Sequence record: PZ445446.1
Reading direction: 5' to 3' (one strand)
Length of the DNA: 64,000 nt
Origin: a phage
Shown: one piece after another, positions 36,285-46,816 of the stretch
Layout of the letters: each line of letters opens with the position of its first letter
Position numbering within the stretch: the first letter of the stretch is position 1
Notes under the pieces: model-generated
Told to the model about the DNA's origin: nothing
The model's input: only the letters and a program-made list of their open reading frames with translations
Databases searched by the model: none
Program-made: the position numbers and the translations under genes

Positions 36285-38408
36285 TCAGCAACCACAACTT
36301 CCGTAGTGCTTAACTCGCTCGATAACTTCCGCTTGCTTACCTTTATTGTAAGGACGGGAGTTAGGACTGGAAAGGTATCCAGACACACGTCGAATTACAC
36401 TGATCGTTCCCTCTTCATGGTTTCCACACTCTGGGCATACAAAGCCTTTAGCTGTTGCACTGAACTCACCAGAGAAACCACACTTGAGACATTTATCCAC
36501 AGGCTGGTTAATACCAAAATACATAATGTGTTTATACCCGAAGTCAACAAGAGCCTCTAAAGCATCCAGGTTGTTTTTCAGGTTAGGTGTTTCTACGTAT
36601 CCGATGTTGCCACCAGAGGAGATCATAGCAAAACCTTCCTCATACTCCCACTTATCAAAAGGAGAGCTATTTATCCATACTGGCTGATGGAAACTGTTGG
36701 TGAGATATTCATGCTCGTGCTTCAACACTTCCGGATATTCACGATCCAGACAGGTTGCAGCTTTATAGCATAGACTCTCAGAAGGAGTGCCGTACAAGCT
36801 AAATGCTAGTCTACTTTCCTTCTTGTATCGCTCACAAGCATCTCTCATGTGCTGAAGGATTCCAAGAGCTAAAGCCTTGTCACCCTCTCTGCCCAAAATC
36901 TGACAGGTTTCATACACACCGATATACCCAATACTGATGGAAGCGTACCCGTCATAGAAGAGTTTATCAATACTCTCTTCAGGATCCAGGCGAGCAAGAG
37001 CGCCTTCACACCACATGATGGGGTTCTGCCCTGCCTTTGTTCCTTTTAGACGATTAACCCTTACAAGGTGAGCCTCGTATGCAAGATCCAAGTATTCGTC
37101 AAGAACTGCAAAGAAATCAACACCTTCCGTCTTGGCTTTTGCCGCAATCATTGGCAGGTTAAGGCTAACAACGCCTAAGTTAAATCTGCCAAGGTATTTC
37201 TCCTCGCCTGTTTCCAAGTCATTGTATTTGCTAAGAAAACTCCTGCAACCCATGCTAGTTACTTTGCCATCTGTCGAGCCTGTCACTTTTCTATTTAGTG
37301 GTACAGATACGAAGTCAGGATAGATACGTTCTGCACAGCATTCCAGAGCTAATCGTTTCAAATCATAGTTAGGATCCCCAGGGTTCATGTTGACACCCTC
37401 TTCCAGGAAGAACAGCACTTTAGGGAACACAGGTGTGATACGTTCTTCACCAAGACCCATTTTGTGGACTTTCAGGTAGTTTTTGGTAATCATTCTACCA
37501 AAGACCGAGGTATCCAGTCCTAAACTCAATGTGATGAATGGAGTTTGCCCGTTGACAGAAGTTAACGTGTTGATTTGATAGAGCAAAGTCTGCATGCTGT
37601 CAAATACGTCTTTATCTGTCATTTGCATTGCAACAGTTTCAGCATCCGGCAACCAATGTTCCTGGCAAAATTTAAGGTTCTTCTCATAGGTTGCTTCAGC
37701 ATACTGTGCCAGATAATGATCAATATGGCTCATAGTCTGACCACCATATTGAGCACTAGCTACCGCACTAGAGATTTGGCTAAGGATTGTTGTTGCAACC
37801 CCTATTGACTTCGGCTTGCTGACATGGGCGTTACCAATGTTGAATCCGTTTTCCAACATATCTGGATAATTTACCAAACAACAGTTTGTTAACGGACTGA
37901 TCAAGTAGTCAAGATCATGCACATGGATGAATCCTTTATTGTGCTCTTCGGAGACACGGTCTGGCAGGATCTGTGTTGATGCAAGGTGTTTGCTAAGAAT
38001 ACCTGCAAGCAGGTCGCGATGAGTGTGTACATGATTAGTAGGCTTATTTGCGTTTTCTTTTGTAAATTCATCACAAGTTCGATCCAAGAAGCCACTAATA
38101 TCTGCAAGCAGTTTTCCACCTGCCTCTCTGTTATTATCTCTTGTCTGTCTATACTGGATGTATTCTCTGGCTGCACATTTTAAACCCATATCCATAAGAG
38201 CATCTTCAACAAGGATATGGATATTTTTTACAGAGATCGTGCACTGGTCGGTTGGTAGATTGTTAGCAACAACTTCATTAACCGCGCAGGCGATCCGGTA
38301 AGCTTCTTCTTCAGTATGTCCAGACTCAAGTAAGGCGGACTCTGCCGCCTTGATCACCTTAATTCCGTTATAGAACTCTTCTCTACCGTCCCGTTTTACA
38401 ACTTTCAC
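36285..38408 (-). CDS. nrdD: anaerobic ribonucleoside-triphosphate reductase (class III)
   Basis: 707 aa; C-terminal glycyl-radical motif RRVSGY; Zn ribbon CLKCG...CPECG. Confidence 0.85.
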   Translation of the reverse strand: MKVVKRDGREEFYNGIKVIKAAESALLESGHTEEEAYRIACAVNEVVANNLPTDQCTISVKNIHILVEDALMDMGLKCAAREYIQYRQTRDNNREAGGKLLADISGFLDRTCDEFTKENANKPTNHVHTHRDLLAGILSKHLASTQILPDRVSEEHNKGFIHVHDLDYLISPLTNCCLVNYPDMLENGFNIGNAHVSKPKSIGVATTILSQISSAVASAQYGGQTMSHIDHYLAQYAEATYEKNLKFCQEHWLPDAETVAMQMTDKDVFDSMQTLLYQINTLTSVNGQTPFITLSLGLDTSVFGRMITKNYLKVHKMGLGEERITPVFPKVLFFLEEGVNMNPGDPNYDLKRLALECCAERIYPDFVSVPLNRKVTGSTDGKVTSMGCRSFLSKYNDLETGEEKYLGRFNLGVVSLNLPMIAAKAKTEGVDFFAVLDEYLDLAYEAHLVRVNRLKGTKAGQNPIMWCEGALARLDPEESIDKLFYDGYASISIGYIGVYETCQILGREGDKALALGILQHMRDACERYKKESRLAFSLYGTPSESLCYKAATCLDREYPEVLKHEHEYLTNSFHQPVWINSSPFDKWEYEEGFAMISSGGNIGYVETPNLKNNLDALEALVDFGYKHIMYFGINQPVDKCLKCGFSGEFSATAKGFVCPECGNHEEGTISVIRRVSGYLSSPNSRPYNKGKQAEVIERVKHYGSCGC

Positions 38409-38683
38409 TTTTTCTCTCCAAAACCATTCTTAACAAAAGAGATGAAATCGTCGGCACCGCCTATATGGACACTGTCAAGATCGCTTTCTAAGAAGATCTG
38501 CGGCAACGTTCTGGGGACAATTGGACTGCACTTCTCAATAAGCTCTTCTTTTGTGTAGCCCTCGCCAAGTGTCTTATATACAAAAGGCAGACCTTTGCTG
38601 ATTGCAAATTCTTTTGCTCTGACACAATGTGGGCAGTTATCCTTACCGTAAATGATGATGAAAAAAGATTTTTCGCAGCTCAT
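38405..38683 (-). CDS. glutaredoxin/NrdH-like redoxin
   Basis: 92 aa; CPHC active site; positioned between nrdB and nrdD. Confidence 0.7.
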   Translation of the reverse strand: MSCEKSFFIIIYGKDNCPHCVRAKEFAISKGLPFVYKTLGEGYTKEELIEKCSPIVPRTLPQIFLESDLDSVHIGGADDFISFVKNGFGEKK

Positions 38684-38686
38684 ATA

Positions 38687-39775
38687 TTAAAACTCCCAAA
38701 TTTCTTCTTCAGCGTCGTTAACAGTTGTGTTGACGCGGTAGTCAGTGTTCGACATTTCTTGGTTCGCCGTCTGTTGTAATGAAGGTTTCATCCACACCTG
38801 CATAAACGGTAGCGGGTCCTTTGTTGGCGGCACAAAGTCTTTGTCGATGTCGTAGTAATCATAAATCGGTGAGCAGTTATAGTCAACCCACTCTTTAAGC
38901 AACGGTGAGTTAAGACCTATAATCGCTCTTCCTTCGCTGAAAATATAGTCACTCCAACCGTACTCTTTGGTTCGTACTTCATCAAGAATCTCTTTTAACT
39001 CCCCCTTTATCTCAAGGAAGCTTTTCTCCCATGCGGGATCATTAAGCAAGATATCAATGATGGCAAAATCACCTTTCGAATGTAGCATTTCGTCAAGCAT
39101 GATTTTTTGAACAAGCTGCGCCACCTGAACAAAGATACCCTGTTCAGCTACTGCGAAAGTGCATGCAAAACTTGCAATAAACTCAATACTTTCCAGAGCT
39201 AAAAGCGCAAAAAGCGCTCTAAGAATGCATTTCCGCACAATATCTTCTTCAACACTAGAAGGATCCAGGCGGTATTTTGCACCAATAACCTCAAGCTCTT
39301 GCATGTATTTGACAATAACGCCGGATCTGCTCAGAACGTTTTGGTTTTCCTGAATCTCTTCTATAATCTCACGGGCATTGGGGAGGCATTGTCTAACAAT
39401 CTCTGAGTAAGTTAGTGCGTGAAGAACTTCAATCTCTGACTGTTTCATCAATAGAGTGAAAAGCTCACTATTAGTGATGAATGGTGAAAAGAGGCAGATG
39501 ATCGATCTTGCCGCAACGCTATCAGCCTCCCATTGCCACATCAAGGTCTGCACCATCACGTCATAAGTTGACTTTGAGCATGTTACAAAATCTGAAATAG
39601 ATTGCGACAAATCCACTTCATCCTCTGCCCAATCTTGCTCTTTTTGTTTTTTGTATAGTTCAAACAGTTGTGGATATTTTTTGTTGATAGAGTCGTACAT
39701 ACCCATTTGCTGTCCCAGAAACAGCGGATAGTCACCAGTTTTATGAGCGGTGTTCTCAGCATTAAATACAGCCAT
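38687..39775 (-). CDS. nrdB: ribonucleotide reductase small subunit (class Ia)
   Basis: Start set at ATG 39775 (gaggtag SD) rather than track start 39835, which overlaps nrdA; ferritin-like R2 length and position. Confidence 0.75.
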   Translation of the reverse strand: MAVFNAENTAHKTGDYPLFLGQQMGMYDSINKKYPQLFELYKKQKEQDWAEDEVDLSQSISDFVTCSKSTYDVMVQTLMWQWEADSVAARSIICLFSPFITNSELFTLLMKQSEIEVLHALTYSEIVRQCLPNAREIIEEIQENQNVLSRSGVIVKYMQELEVIGAKYRLDPSSVEEDIVRKCILRALFALLALESIEFIASFACTFAVAEQGIFVQVAQLVQKIMLDEMLHSKGDFAIIDILLNDPAWEKSFLEIKGELKEILDEVRTKEYGWSDYIFSEGRAIIGLNSPLLKEWVDYNCSPIYDYYDIDKDFVPPTKDPLPFMQVWMKPSLQQTANQEMSNTDYRVNTTVNDAEEEIWEF

Positions 39776-39813
39776 TATTCTACCTCTAAAATGGGGCCGA
39801 AGCCCCTTTAAAA

Positions 39814-42129
39814 TTATAGTGCACAGCTTTCGCAATACGGATCTTCAACTGAACTATCTGCAATCAAAGGATAGTTCTTTCTGGTTTCATCTTCAGCCTG
39901 TTTCTTGGCATGAAGTTCCTCTGCCAAGGAGTCACCAGCACCAACCCTAGAGTTTAAATAATACCATGTCTTCATCCCGAATTTAGTGGCACGGATAAGG
40001 TACCCTAACTGCTCCTTCATTGAAATTTTACCATCTTTCAACTTGGTGTAGTCTATGTATAAATCCGCGCTGATTGCCTGACCTGTGAATTTTTGAATCA
40101 CGGCATACATATCGATCATGTCGTTAGTATCAACGTCCCAAGCCGAGGTGTAATACTCTTTCAACTCATCATAGTCAGGAACGATAAACAGCACCTGCCC
40201 TTGTGGCGACTTTTTAAAGATAATGTGCTCACGGACAGGATAAACCCCGTTAGTGGTGTTTGTTGCCAGCGAAGAGCTTTCATTAGGCATATATGCTTCA
40301 AGAACGCTATTACGTAGCCCACCATTCTCAATGATTTCTTTACGTAACCCTTCCCAATCCTGTTTAAGAGAAGGATCTTTCACCACGCTATCGACCTCTT
40401 TGTTATAGGTGTCGATTGGTAACCAACCTTCTGGATATTTTGTTTTATGCATCCACTCGCAGACACCACGCTCTTTTGCCAACCGTAAACTTGCCTTATG
40501 CAAGCTGTAGCTGTGAAGTTCTGCAAGATCGTGAACGAGCTGTTTACTTTCAGGAGACCCGTAAGTAACCTTGTGGCTGGCAATAAAATGTGCAACATTG
40601 GTAAGGCCAACCCCGATGGATCTGCGTTTTTTAACTGTGCTTTCCATATTTTCATACGGATATGTCATGATTTCTATAACATTGTCAATCATAAGCACCG
40701 TATAGTATGCAACATCCTCATACTCCTCTGGAGTAACCCTCCCAGCTACAAGAGATGACAGGAAGCACAATGCAACCTCTCCATCATCAGCATCGTGCTT
40801 GAAGATATTACGCATATCTGAATAGCCTTTTGTCGGGAGGGCTATTTCTGCACACAGGTTGCTTGAATAGATCACATCTTTAAAAGGTGTATGTCTATTC
40901 ATCTCATCTGTCCAGTATACGTACAGCCTTCCCACCTCAGTGCGCTGCGTGATCAGTTCAACAGCAAGATCTCTAGCTCGGATCCATGTTTTAGGAATAC
41001 TGTCATCTTTAGCAATACGATCAACCTCTGCATCAAACTCCTCCATAGACATGGTGAAGATACCCTCATGCAGTTGAGGCGCGTGCTTATAAGAAACAAG
41101 CATCCAATCTAAATTCTTAGCCACACGGTTGATAAACGACCTATTAATACCGATGGAGTAGTCCATGGTGTTGATTCTTTTTGAAGCAACAGTCATAGGG
41201 TTTCTCAAACGGATTAGCTCATCAATCTGCGGGTCCAGTGCAAGGAATGATACTGTTGCAGAACCACCACGTGATTGTTGTCTGTTCTCCTTAACCCCAG
41301 CATCAATACCTCGATAATATGGAATCTTACCCATATGTTTAATAGTGTTACCACGAACACCATCGCCTGCAGATCTTGAGGATAAGTAGTAGCCGATACC
41401 TGCTTGATTAACCGTCATTGTGTACGCAACTTCACGTGCCACACCAATAGATTTTGCTGTATCGTCAGCTTTTATTACACAACAAGATGCATACCCTGTC
41501 TTACCTGTGCGCAGCCCGTTTAAGTACGGTGTCGGGGCATTGATCTTTAAGTCGGACAGATAAGTGTATAATTTTACAACATCGTTGATACGACGTTCTT
41601 TCGGCATATTCTTCATGACAGCCATTGCTATCCCCATAAACATCATCTGGGGAGATTCAAACAAGGTGTCTTTAAGAGTATCCTTGATCCCATATTTGTC
41701 GCGAAACTGTTTAAGGACTGCATAGCCATAACCGAGATCTTTACTGTGGTCAATAACAGCGTCTAAAGTGTTTAGCTCGGTAAAGCTATAGCCCATATCC
41801 TCCCAATACCCTTTCTCAACCATGGTATTGTAAAATGATGGTAAGGAAGGGATCTTTGTAAACCCTCCAAAAGCCTCTTTATAGATCTGACCAATAAGAA
41901 CACGACCAGCCATACGGGAATGTGCTTCGTCTTTACGGCTAACACAAGAGTCTATAATAGCTTGGTTAACTTCTTTGGTTGTACATCCATCATACAACCG
42001 CTTGTAGGCATCCAGTGCAATATGTGACCAATTGCCGTTACCGTCGTCACCGAAAATAGCTGCCTTATTTAAACGTTCTGGATCGAATGCCACTTCACAT
42101 CCGTTGCTTTTAATTACCTTGGTGATCAA
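39814..42129 (-). CDS. nrdA: ribonucleotide reductase large subunit (class Ia)
   Basis: 771 aa; N-terminal ATP-cone-like ITKVIKSNGCEVAFDPERL; C-terminal CESCAL; first codon is TTG with GGAGGA SD, overlapping upstream stop. Confidence 0.85.
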   Translation of the reverse strand: MITKVIKSNGCEVAFDPERLNKAAIFGDDGNGNWSHIALDAYKRLYDGCTTKEVNQAIIDSCVSRKDEAHSRMAGRVLIGQIYKEAFGGFTKIPSLPSFYNTMVEKGYWEDMGYSFTELNTLDAVIDHSKDLGYGYAVLKQFRDKYGIKDTLKDTLFESPQMMFMGIAMAVMKNMPKERRINDVVKLYTYLSDLKINAPTPYLNGLRTGKTGYASCCVIKADDTAKSIGVAREVAYTMTVNQAGIGYYLSSRSAGDGVRGNTIKHMGKIPYYRGIDAGVKENRQQSRGGSATVSFLALDPQIDELIRLRNPMTVASKRINTMDYSIGINRSFINRVAKNLDWMLVSYKHAPQLHEGIFTMSMEEFDAEVDRIAKDDSIPKTWIRARDLAVELITQRTEVGRLYVYWTDEMNRHTPFKDVIYSSNLCAEIALPTKGYSDMRNIFKHDADDGEVALCFLSSLVAGRVTPEEYEDVAYYTVLMIDNVIEIMTYPYENMESTVKKRRSIGVGLTNVAHFIASHKVTYGSPESKQLVHDLAELHSYSLHKASLRLAKERGVCEWMHKTKYPEGWLPIDTYNKEVDSVVKDPSLKQDWEGLRKEIIENGGLRNSVLEAYMPNESSSLATNTTNGVYPVREHIIFKKSPQGQVLFIVPDYDELKEYYTSAWDVDTNDMIDMYAVIQKFTGQAISADLYIDYTKLKDGKISMKEQLGYLIRATKFGMKTWYYLNSRVGAGDSLAEELHAKKQAEDETRKNYPLIADSSVEDPYCESCAL

Positions 42130-42434
42130 TTTGCTTCCTCCACTTCATTAACGTATTTATCAAGGCAGGTATCAGTATCTTGCTGGATAAAGGTATCCTC
42201 TTCTACAGAGATATTTATAATTTTACCTGTATACTCGTCATAATAAACATCATCATACATTTTAATATCGTTTGTCAGGCCGTTGAACCAAAGCCAACCA
42301 ACATACTCTGCCCGACTTGCAAAACCAAGATCCTTCCACTTGGAGTTATGACTCATCTTCACCACCTTAGCTTTCAATACCGAATAATTTTTCCAGGCGA
42401 TGCAGATCTTCAAAATTGAAAGGTTCATCAACAA
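42126..42434 (-). CDS. hypothetical protein
   Basis: 102 aa ORF; stop overlaps nrdA start. Confidence 0.4.
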   Translation of the reverse strand: MLMNLSILKICIAWKNYSVLKAKVVKMSHNSKWKDLGFASRAEYVGWLWFNGLTNDIKMYDDVYYDEYTGKIINISVEEDTFIQQDTDTCLDKYVNEVEEAN

Positions 42435-42867
42435 TATGAATATCTTCAGCCTTTTCAGATTGTTTTGTATACTTTCTTACATTAACACGATCCTCTACAG
42501 GGATATCATACGGAAGATCTTGAACAAGCATTGCCTCACCGGGTGCTTTATCTACATCTAAAATATCTACACCGTTATACATTTGCGGGTATCTAAAGTC
42601 TGCACGCATGACACCAGCAAATACATCTGCCTTTCGATAATGTGTTGGCTTATTTTTGCATCGAACGTTTTTTCCACGAAGAACATCAATACTTTTTAAA
42701 TCAAACCCTACGGCAAAGAGTGCAGCTCGGAGACCGTTTCGTGTGCGAACGTTAAACCCGGGAACGGTAGATAGGAAATCCAAAGTAACTGAAATAAATG
42801 TCTTTTTAGGAATCATAACATTACTCATATCTGTCTCCATTTCTGGCTCACTAACAAAGTGAGCCAT
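42367..42867 (-). CDS. hypothetical protein
   Basis: 166 aa ORF between thyX and nrdA. Confidence 0.45.
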   Translation of the reverse strand: MAHFVSEPEMETDMSNVMIPKKTFISVTLDFLSTVPGFNVRTRNGLRAALFAVGFDLKSIDVLRGKNVRCKNKPTHYRKADVFAGVMRADFRYPQMYNGVDILDVDKAPGEAMLVQDLPYDIPVEDRVNVRKYTKQSEKAEDIHIVDEPFNFEDLHRLEKLFGIES

Positions 42868-42926
42868 TATTATAGATTATCTGATACTATTAGTCAACAC
42901 AAAAGTTACCTATCGCTGTGATAGGA

Positions 42927-43910
42927 TTAACCTTTCACGAAGTGGTTATTAAGCAGTTGTCTGTGCTGAACCCACCCACAAAAGTTGGCAGACCAGAATT
43001 TACCATCACGGTCTTGATGGGTTACACCTTCCTGCCAAGTACTGATGTCTTGTGTGATTTCACATGAAGACAGGTAGTAGTTTAAACGTTCCATTGCGTT
43101 ATCGTGATCCATAGGTGTTGCCTGGTGCTCGTAAGGGCTTGCATGAATACGATCCCCACCAATCAATTTTTTAGCCACACTGTCTGCCTTTTCAAACGTG
43201 CTGTCAATATTTCGATAAGATACTTGTGCACAGCAACTAGCACTGATAGACAGAGCTTCTTTAGTATCGAGAATGCAGAGCTTTCCTTCTGTGTCACGCA
43301 CAGCGTAGTTAAACTCTCCGTCCAAATAAACGTGCTCTACATATGGGGTGTGCCATTGACCCGGTTTAAGGATTTCAGGAGTGCTATTCCCAAGAGCCTC
43401 CCACATACAATTAGCCAACATCTGAATCGTAGGATCCGCATCGTGCCAGCAACGGAGGTGGAAAAAATTGTTCCACTCGGTGCTTGTTACAACTGTTTTC
43501 ATGCGCTGAAAAGGCTCCACTAAGCGGTTACATACTTGCTTATGGTAACCAGCAAGTGCGAACTTCTCTGCATGCCAAGCGGCGTTTTTTGCAGCCTCTT
43601 TCCAAAACTCTTCAGGAGTTAGCTCCATGTCAGTGTACTCTACACGGATCTTTTGATCGTGTTCCCCACCATCCTCCATTCCTCGCTTATTTACACCGAA
43701 GCGAACTGGCATTGCCGGATTCTCCACAATCTGCTGCAGCATCTTGCCGACAGGCACTGCACGGGAAGACATGGCGTTTCGGCTGAATACTCGATGCGTC
43801 ATAAGCTCTGAGTGAATAATTCGAGGATACTCTAGCTCAAAAGTGGTGATGCGCTTACCTTTCTCGGAAATGCTGTCAGCAATGATCTTTGCAGTGCACA
43901 GTTTTAGCAT
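42927..43910 (-). CDS. thyX: flavin-dependent thymidylate synthase (ThyX-like)
   Basis: 327 aa; YPRIIHSELMTHRVFSRNAMSSR fits the ThyX signature; TAATG overlap with upstream gene. Confidence 0.6.
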   Translation of the reverse strand: MLKLCTAKIIADSISEKGKRITTFELEYPRIIHSELMTHRVFSRNAMSSRAVPVGKMLQQIVENPAMPVRFGVNKRGMEDGGEHDQKIRVEYTDMELTPEEFWKEAAKNAAWHAEKFALAGYHKQVCNRLVEPFQRMKTVVTSTEWNNFFHLRCWHDADPTIQMLANCMWEALGNSTPEILKPGQWHTPYVEHVYLDGEFNYAVRDTEGKLCILDTKEALSISASCCAQVSYRNIDSTFEKADSVAKKLIGGDRIHASPYEHQATPMDHDNAMERLNYYLSSCEITQDISTWQEGVTHQDRDGKFWSANFCGWVQHRQLLNNHFVKG

Positions 43911-44110
43911 TATTTAGCTCTCCTTGTTTTAATTTTGGAAATTTCGTCTGGGTTTATATTGGCCTTAAATGCAAGGTATCTGTTAAACATATCAGAGCAC
44001 ATATCTTGGGTGATCCTGGAGGCATACACTAGCTTACCTCCTAGATCATACACCTCTAGCCAGTCACCATATCTGACTACAGGATCGCCACCTTTAGAAC
44101 ATCTGACCAT
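43910..44110 (-). CDS. hypothetical small protein
   Basis: 66 aa ORF, translationally coupled to thyX. Confidence 0.4.
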   Translation of the reverse strand: MVRCSKGGDPVVRYGDWLEVYDLGGKLVYASRITQDMCSDMFNRYLAFKANINPDEISKIKTRRAK

Positions 44111-44111
44111 T

Positions 44112-44705
44112 TCAAATACCTTCTAAAAATTTTCCTATTTTATACCAGCTATTAGCGGTATAGTCAACACTGACCTTTAACTCCTCGAATTGCTCATAAG
44201 GCGTATCTTTTAGGATTTTAATAACTTCAGGTCGTGAAGCGAATTGGTTCAGGTATTCATGCCTGTCGTCAATTATAACATCTACAGCCACATTCCCTTT
44301 GAAATGTGTGGCGTAGAAGCCGTGGCCCTGGGTGTGGTCGTCCAGATCCATAAAATCACTGGTCCAACGCTTTAAGAACCTTGATTTAGATGCAAGGTGA
44401 CCTTTCTTGCATACCGAGATAAATGCAAGCTTGTGACCACGAGCCACCAAATCTTTCATAACCTCAACAGCCCCATCTTCAGGCTTAAGAAAGTCGTAGA
44501 GGAATGGGTCACTCCAGAAATCAAAAGGCCCTATGATGTTTTCTTTGGGGCGATCAGGCCAATACTTTGACAGATCGTAATACATCAGTCCATTAGAAGG
44601 TTTAGCGACTGTCTTACTGGCTGGACCATACAAACGCTCCAACCACTCCCACCATGCTGTTCCTGAATCTACCAGTGTCAAATCTACATCAATTCCGATT
44701 AACAT
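44112..44705 (-). CDS. HAD-family phosphatase (putative 5'-nucleotidase)
   Basis: 197 aa; N-terminal IGIDVDLTLVD matches HAD motif I (DxDxT). Confidence 0.5.
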   Translation of the reverse strand: MLIGIDVDLTLVDSGTAWWEWLERLYGPASKTVAKPSNGLMYYDLSKYWPDRPKENIIGPFDFWSDPFLYDFLKPEDGAVEVMKDLVARGHKLAFISVCKKGHLASKSRFLKRWTSDFMDLDDHTQGHGFYATHFKGNVAVDVIIDDRHEYLNQFASRPEVIKILKDTPYEQFEELKVSVDYTANSWYKIGKFLEGI

Positions 44706-45316
44706 TCTTCTTGGGCCTCTTTAGCATCAATATACTTGCACACAATCTCCGATGCACACTCCCAAGGTGCACCTTCAGGGTTTACAACATCAAACTCAAC
44801 CCCTTTTATTCCGTTCTTTTCCAGACTTAGATAGGTTCTGGAATCATTTCCCCAGTCATATCCTACACGGTGAATACGGAACAACAACAGATCTCCACCT
44901 GTGCTGTATGCGTACTCGCTAAGGCATGCCAGCTCCTCTTTGAATCCCCCATCGGAGTAAACAATAACCCCTTTACCTTCAGGGAAATCTTTCTTCAAAG
45001 ATGCGACTGCGGCTTTACCGAAAGCATCTTCACCAAAGATAGGTTTAATCAGATTTTCACTACAATGGATCATCCATTCTCGCGGAGAAACATGCTTGCC
45101 GTCTATCATTAAGAAAGGGCAAGGCTCTTCTTTGTAGTGGCGGTCATAAAGTGCATTCCAGAGTTGAGGAGTTACACCAGCTGCCTTAATTGCCACACTG
45201 AAGAGCATCTCCTTAACCTCACGGTGGTGTGAGTTAGGAATAGCTTCCAACAAGAGATCTGCAATGTGATCCTTACCACTGCTGGGTGGGGCGTTAAGAA
45301 CAATAATATCCATCAA
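44699..45316 (-). CDS. deoxynucleoside monophosphate kinase-like (T4 gene 1-like)
   Basis: 205 aa; N-terminal P-loop IVLNAPPSSGKDHIADLL parallels T4 gp1 IFLSGVKRSGKDTTADFI. Confidence 0.55.
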   Translation of the reverse strand: MMDIIVLNAPPSSGKDHIADLLLEAIPNSHHREVKEMLFSVAIKAAGVTPQLWNALYDRHYKEEPCPFLMIDGKHVSPREWMIHCSENLIKPIFGEDAFGKAAVASLKKDFPEGKGVIVYSDGGFKEELACLSEYAYSTGGDLLLFRIHRVGYDWGNDSRTYLSLEKNGIKGVEFDVVNPEGAPWECASEIVCKYIDAKEAQEEC

Positions 45317-45516
45317 AAACCTCCATGGTATTCTTCAACTGCATCAATAATACTTTTACACTTATCTACCAGCTCGTTAGCCACTACAGCGTCGTCTTCC
45401 CAAACAGCCTCCTCAATCTGATCAAGCAATGATCGCATCTTACTCATCATTTCTGGGATAAAGTTTTCTGAAAAGCTGTCTGGAATTGTTAACTCTAGTG
45501 TCATTTCGGTCTCCAA
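45313..45516 (-). CDS. hypothetical small acidic protein
   Basis: 67 aa ORF. Confidence 0.4.
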   Translation of the reverse strand: METEMTLELTIPDSFSENFIPEMMSKMRSLLDQIEEAVWEDDAVVANELVDKCKSIIDAVEEYHGGF

Positions 45517-45531
45517 TCATACTATGCGTTA

Positions 45532-45990
45532 TTAGAAGTTTGTTTTTACACGTCCCTTTTCATCAACCTCGTTGTTAGCTAAAAGCGTTACAAAGTCTGT
45601 GAAACGGACATGAAGAACTCTTTTCTTATCAAGGTATCCTAAAGCCACCCCTGAGAAATTTAGCATCAAAGGGGCTAAAGAAGCTCTGGCACTGAAATGC
45701 TGTTGTTCTACCCTTCCAACACCCTTAGTGTAGGATGGGTTAAGATTGTAAGTTCTGAATCCCAGTTTTGTTGGAGCTTTAGAATTAAAAACGACTTTAT
45801 AGCGTTTCTTACTCAACTTATGCTCCAGGATAAGCATTCCCTTATCACCTTTGATAAGTTGAAAATCTGTAAAGTGCTCTTTTAAGACGAAAGGTAGTGC
45901 CAGTCCCATCGCCTGTCCTCTTTGTACCGCTGTCTCACCAAAAGCTTTTGCATCAGTAAGTTCTTTGGTCAAGTCTATGCTTTTGATCAT
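45532..45990 (-). CDS. hypothetical protein
   Basis: 152 aa ORF. Confidence 0.45.
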   Translation of the reverse strand: MIKSIDLTKELTDAKAFGETAVQRGQAMGLALPFVLKEHFTDFQLIKGDKGMLILEHKLSKKRYKVVFNSKAPTKLGFRTYNLNPSYTKGVGRVEQQHFSARASLAPLMLNFSGVALGYLDKKRVLHVRFTDFVTLLANNEVDEKGRVKTNF

Positions 45991-46801
45991 ACCTGGTCTC
46001 CAAAATGTATTGTAGTTCTTTCTTACCTATACTCTTCATTCCAGCAGTCTTACCTGCTTCTTCTTGAAAAGAAGAATAGCATTCAGCAAACACTCTGTCA
46101 ACACCGTTAACTAAAGATTTTATGAAATATGTTGATTCTTCAGATTTTGGGTCATCATCCCCCAATACTTTTCCAGCATTATACCCAACACGTCTTACAC
46201 AGAAGTCGTAGTCATCTGGTGTGCTAAAAGAAAATAACTTATTCTCTCCAATCTCTACAGGATCCCTATTGCACGCCTTTTTCTCCCAAATTTGGAAAAC
46301 ACATGGCACGTCATAAGGTTTGCCATTAAGTAAAAACGAATTCTTAGGGCACCTTTCGCTGTAGACAAGGTGCATCGACATGTCCAGTTTGTTTGCAAAA
46401 AATATTTTTTCAAATGTCCGTGGCAAGATGAAGGCTATAGCCCCTCCAAGCTCTAGCAATGATGCACAATGGTTAAAGAATTTGCAAGCTAAGGATGAAT
46501 TCTTGCCAAATGGTGGGTTACCTATGAAGACATCTGCCTTGGGATGCACCTCCAAGAAGTTTGCCTGAATGCACGGTGTTGGTCCTTCAAATTCAGGATC
46601 TGGTACTAAATCGTACGACAGTATCTCTGAAAATAGTTTTGAAAAAGAACCCCTTCCAGCAGAAGGCTCAACGTATGCACAATTCCCATACTTATCTTTT
46701 ACTTTACCAACAAGATATTCTGCATACTCAGGGTTTGTGTAGTATTTGTCGTTGGACTCTTTCTTGCTCAAAGTGCCTCCAAAAGGAAAAGGGAGGCGCA
46801 A
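45953..46801 (-). CDS. DNA methyltransferase (SAM-dependent, NPPF motif)
   Basis: 282 aa; motif I-like YVEPSAGRGSF and motif IV FIGNPPFG. Confidence 0.6.
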   Translation of the reverse strand: MRLPFPFGGTLSKKESNDKYYTNPEYAEYLVGKVKDKYGNCAYVEPSAGRGSFSKLFSEILSYDLVPDPEFEGPTPCIQANFLEVHPKADVFIGNPPFGKNSSLACKFFNHCASLLELGGAIAFILPRTFEKIFFANKLDMSMHLVYSERCPKNSFLLNGKPYDVPCVFQIWEKKACNRDPVEIGENKLFSFSTPDDYDFCVRRVGYNAGKVLGDDDPKSEESTYFIKSLVNGVDRVFAECYSSFQEEAGKTAGMKSIGKKELQYILETRYDQKHRLDQRTY

Positions 46802-46816
46802 GCCTCCCTATAATTG

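Noticed and set aside
39776-39835. Longer N-terminus for nrdB starting at 39835
   Set aside because: That start would overlap the nrdA 3' end and has no SD; the ATG at 39775 has an SD and yields a conventional R2 N-terminus.
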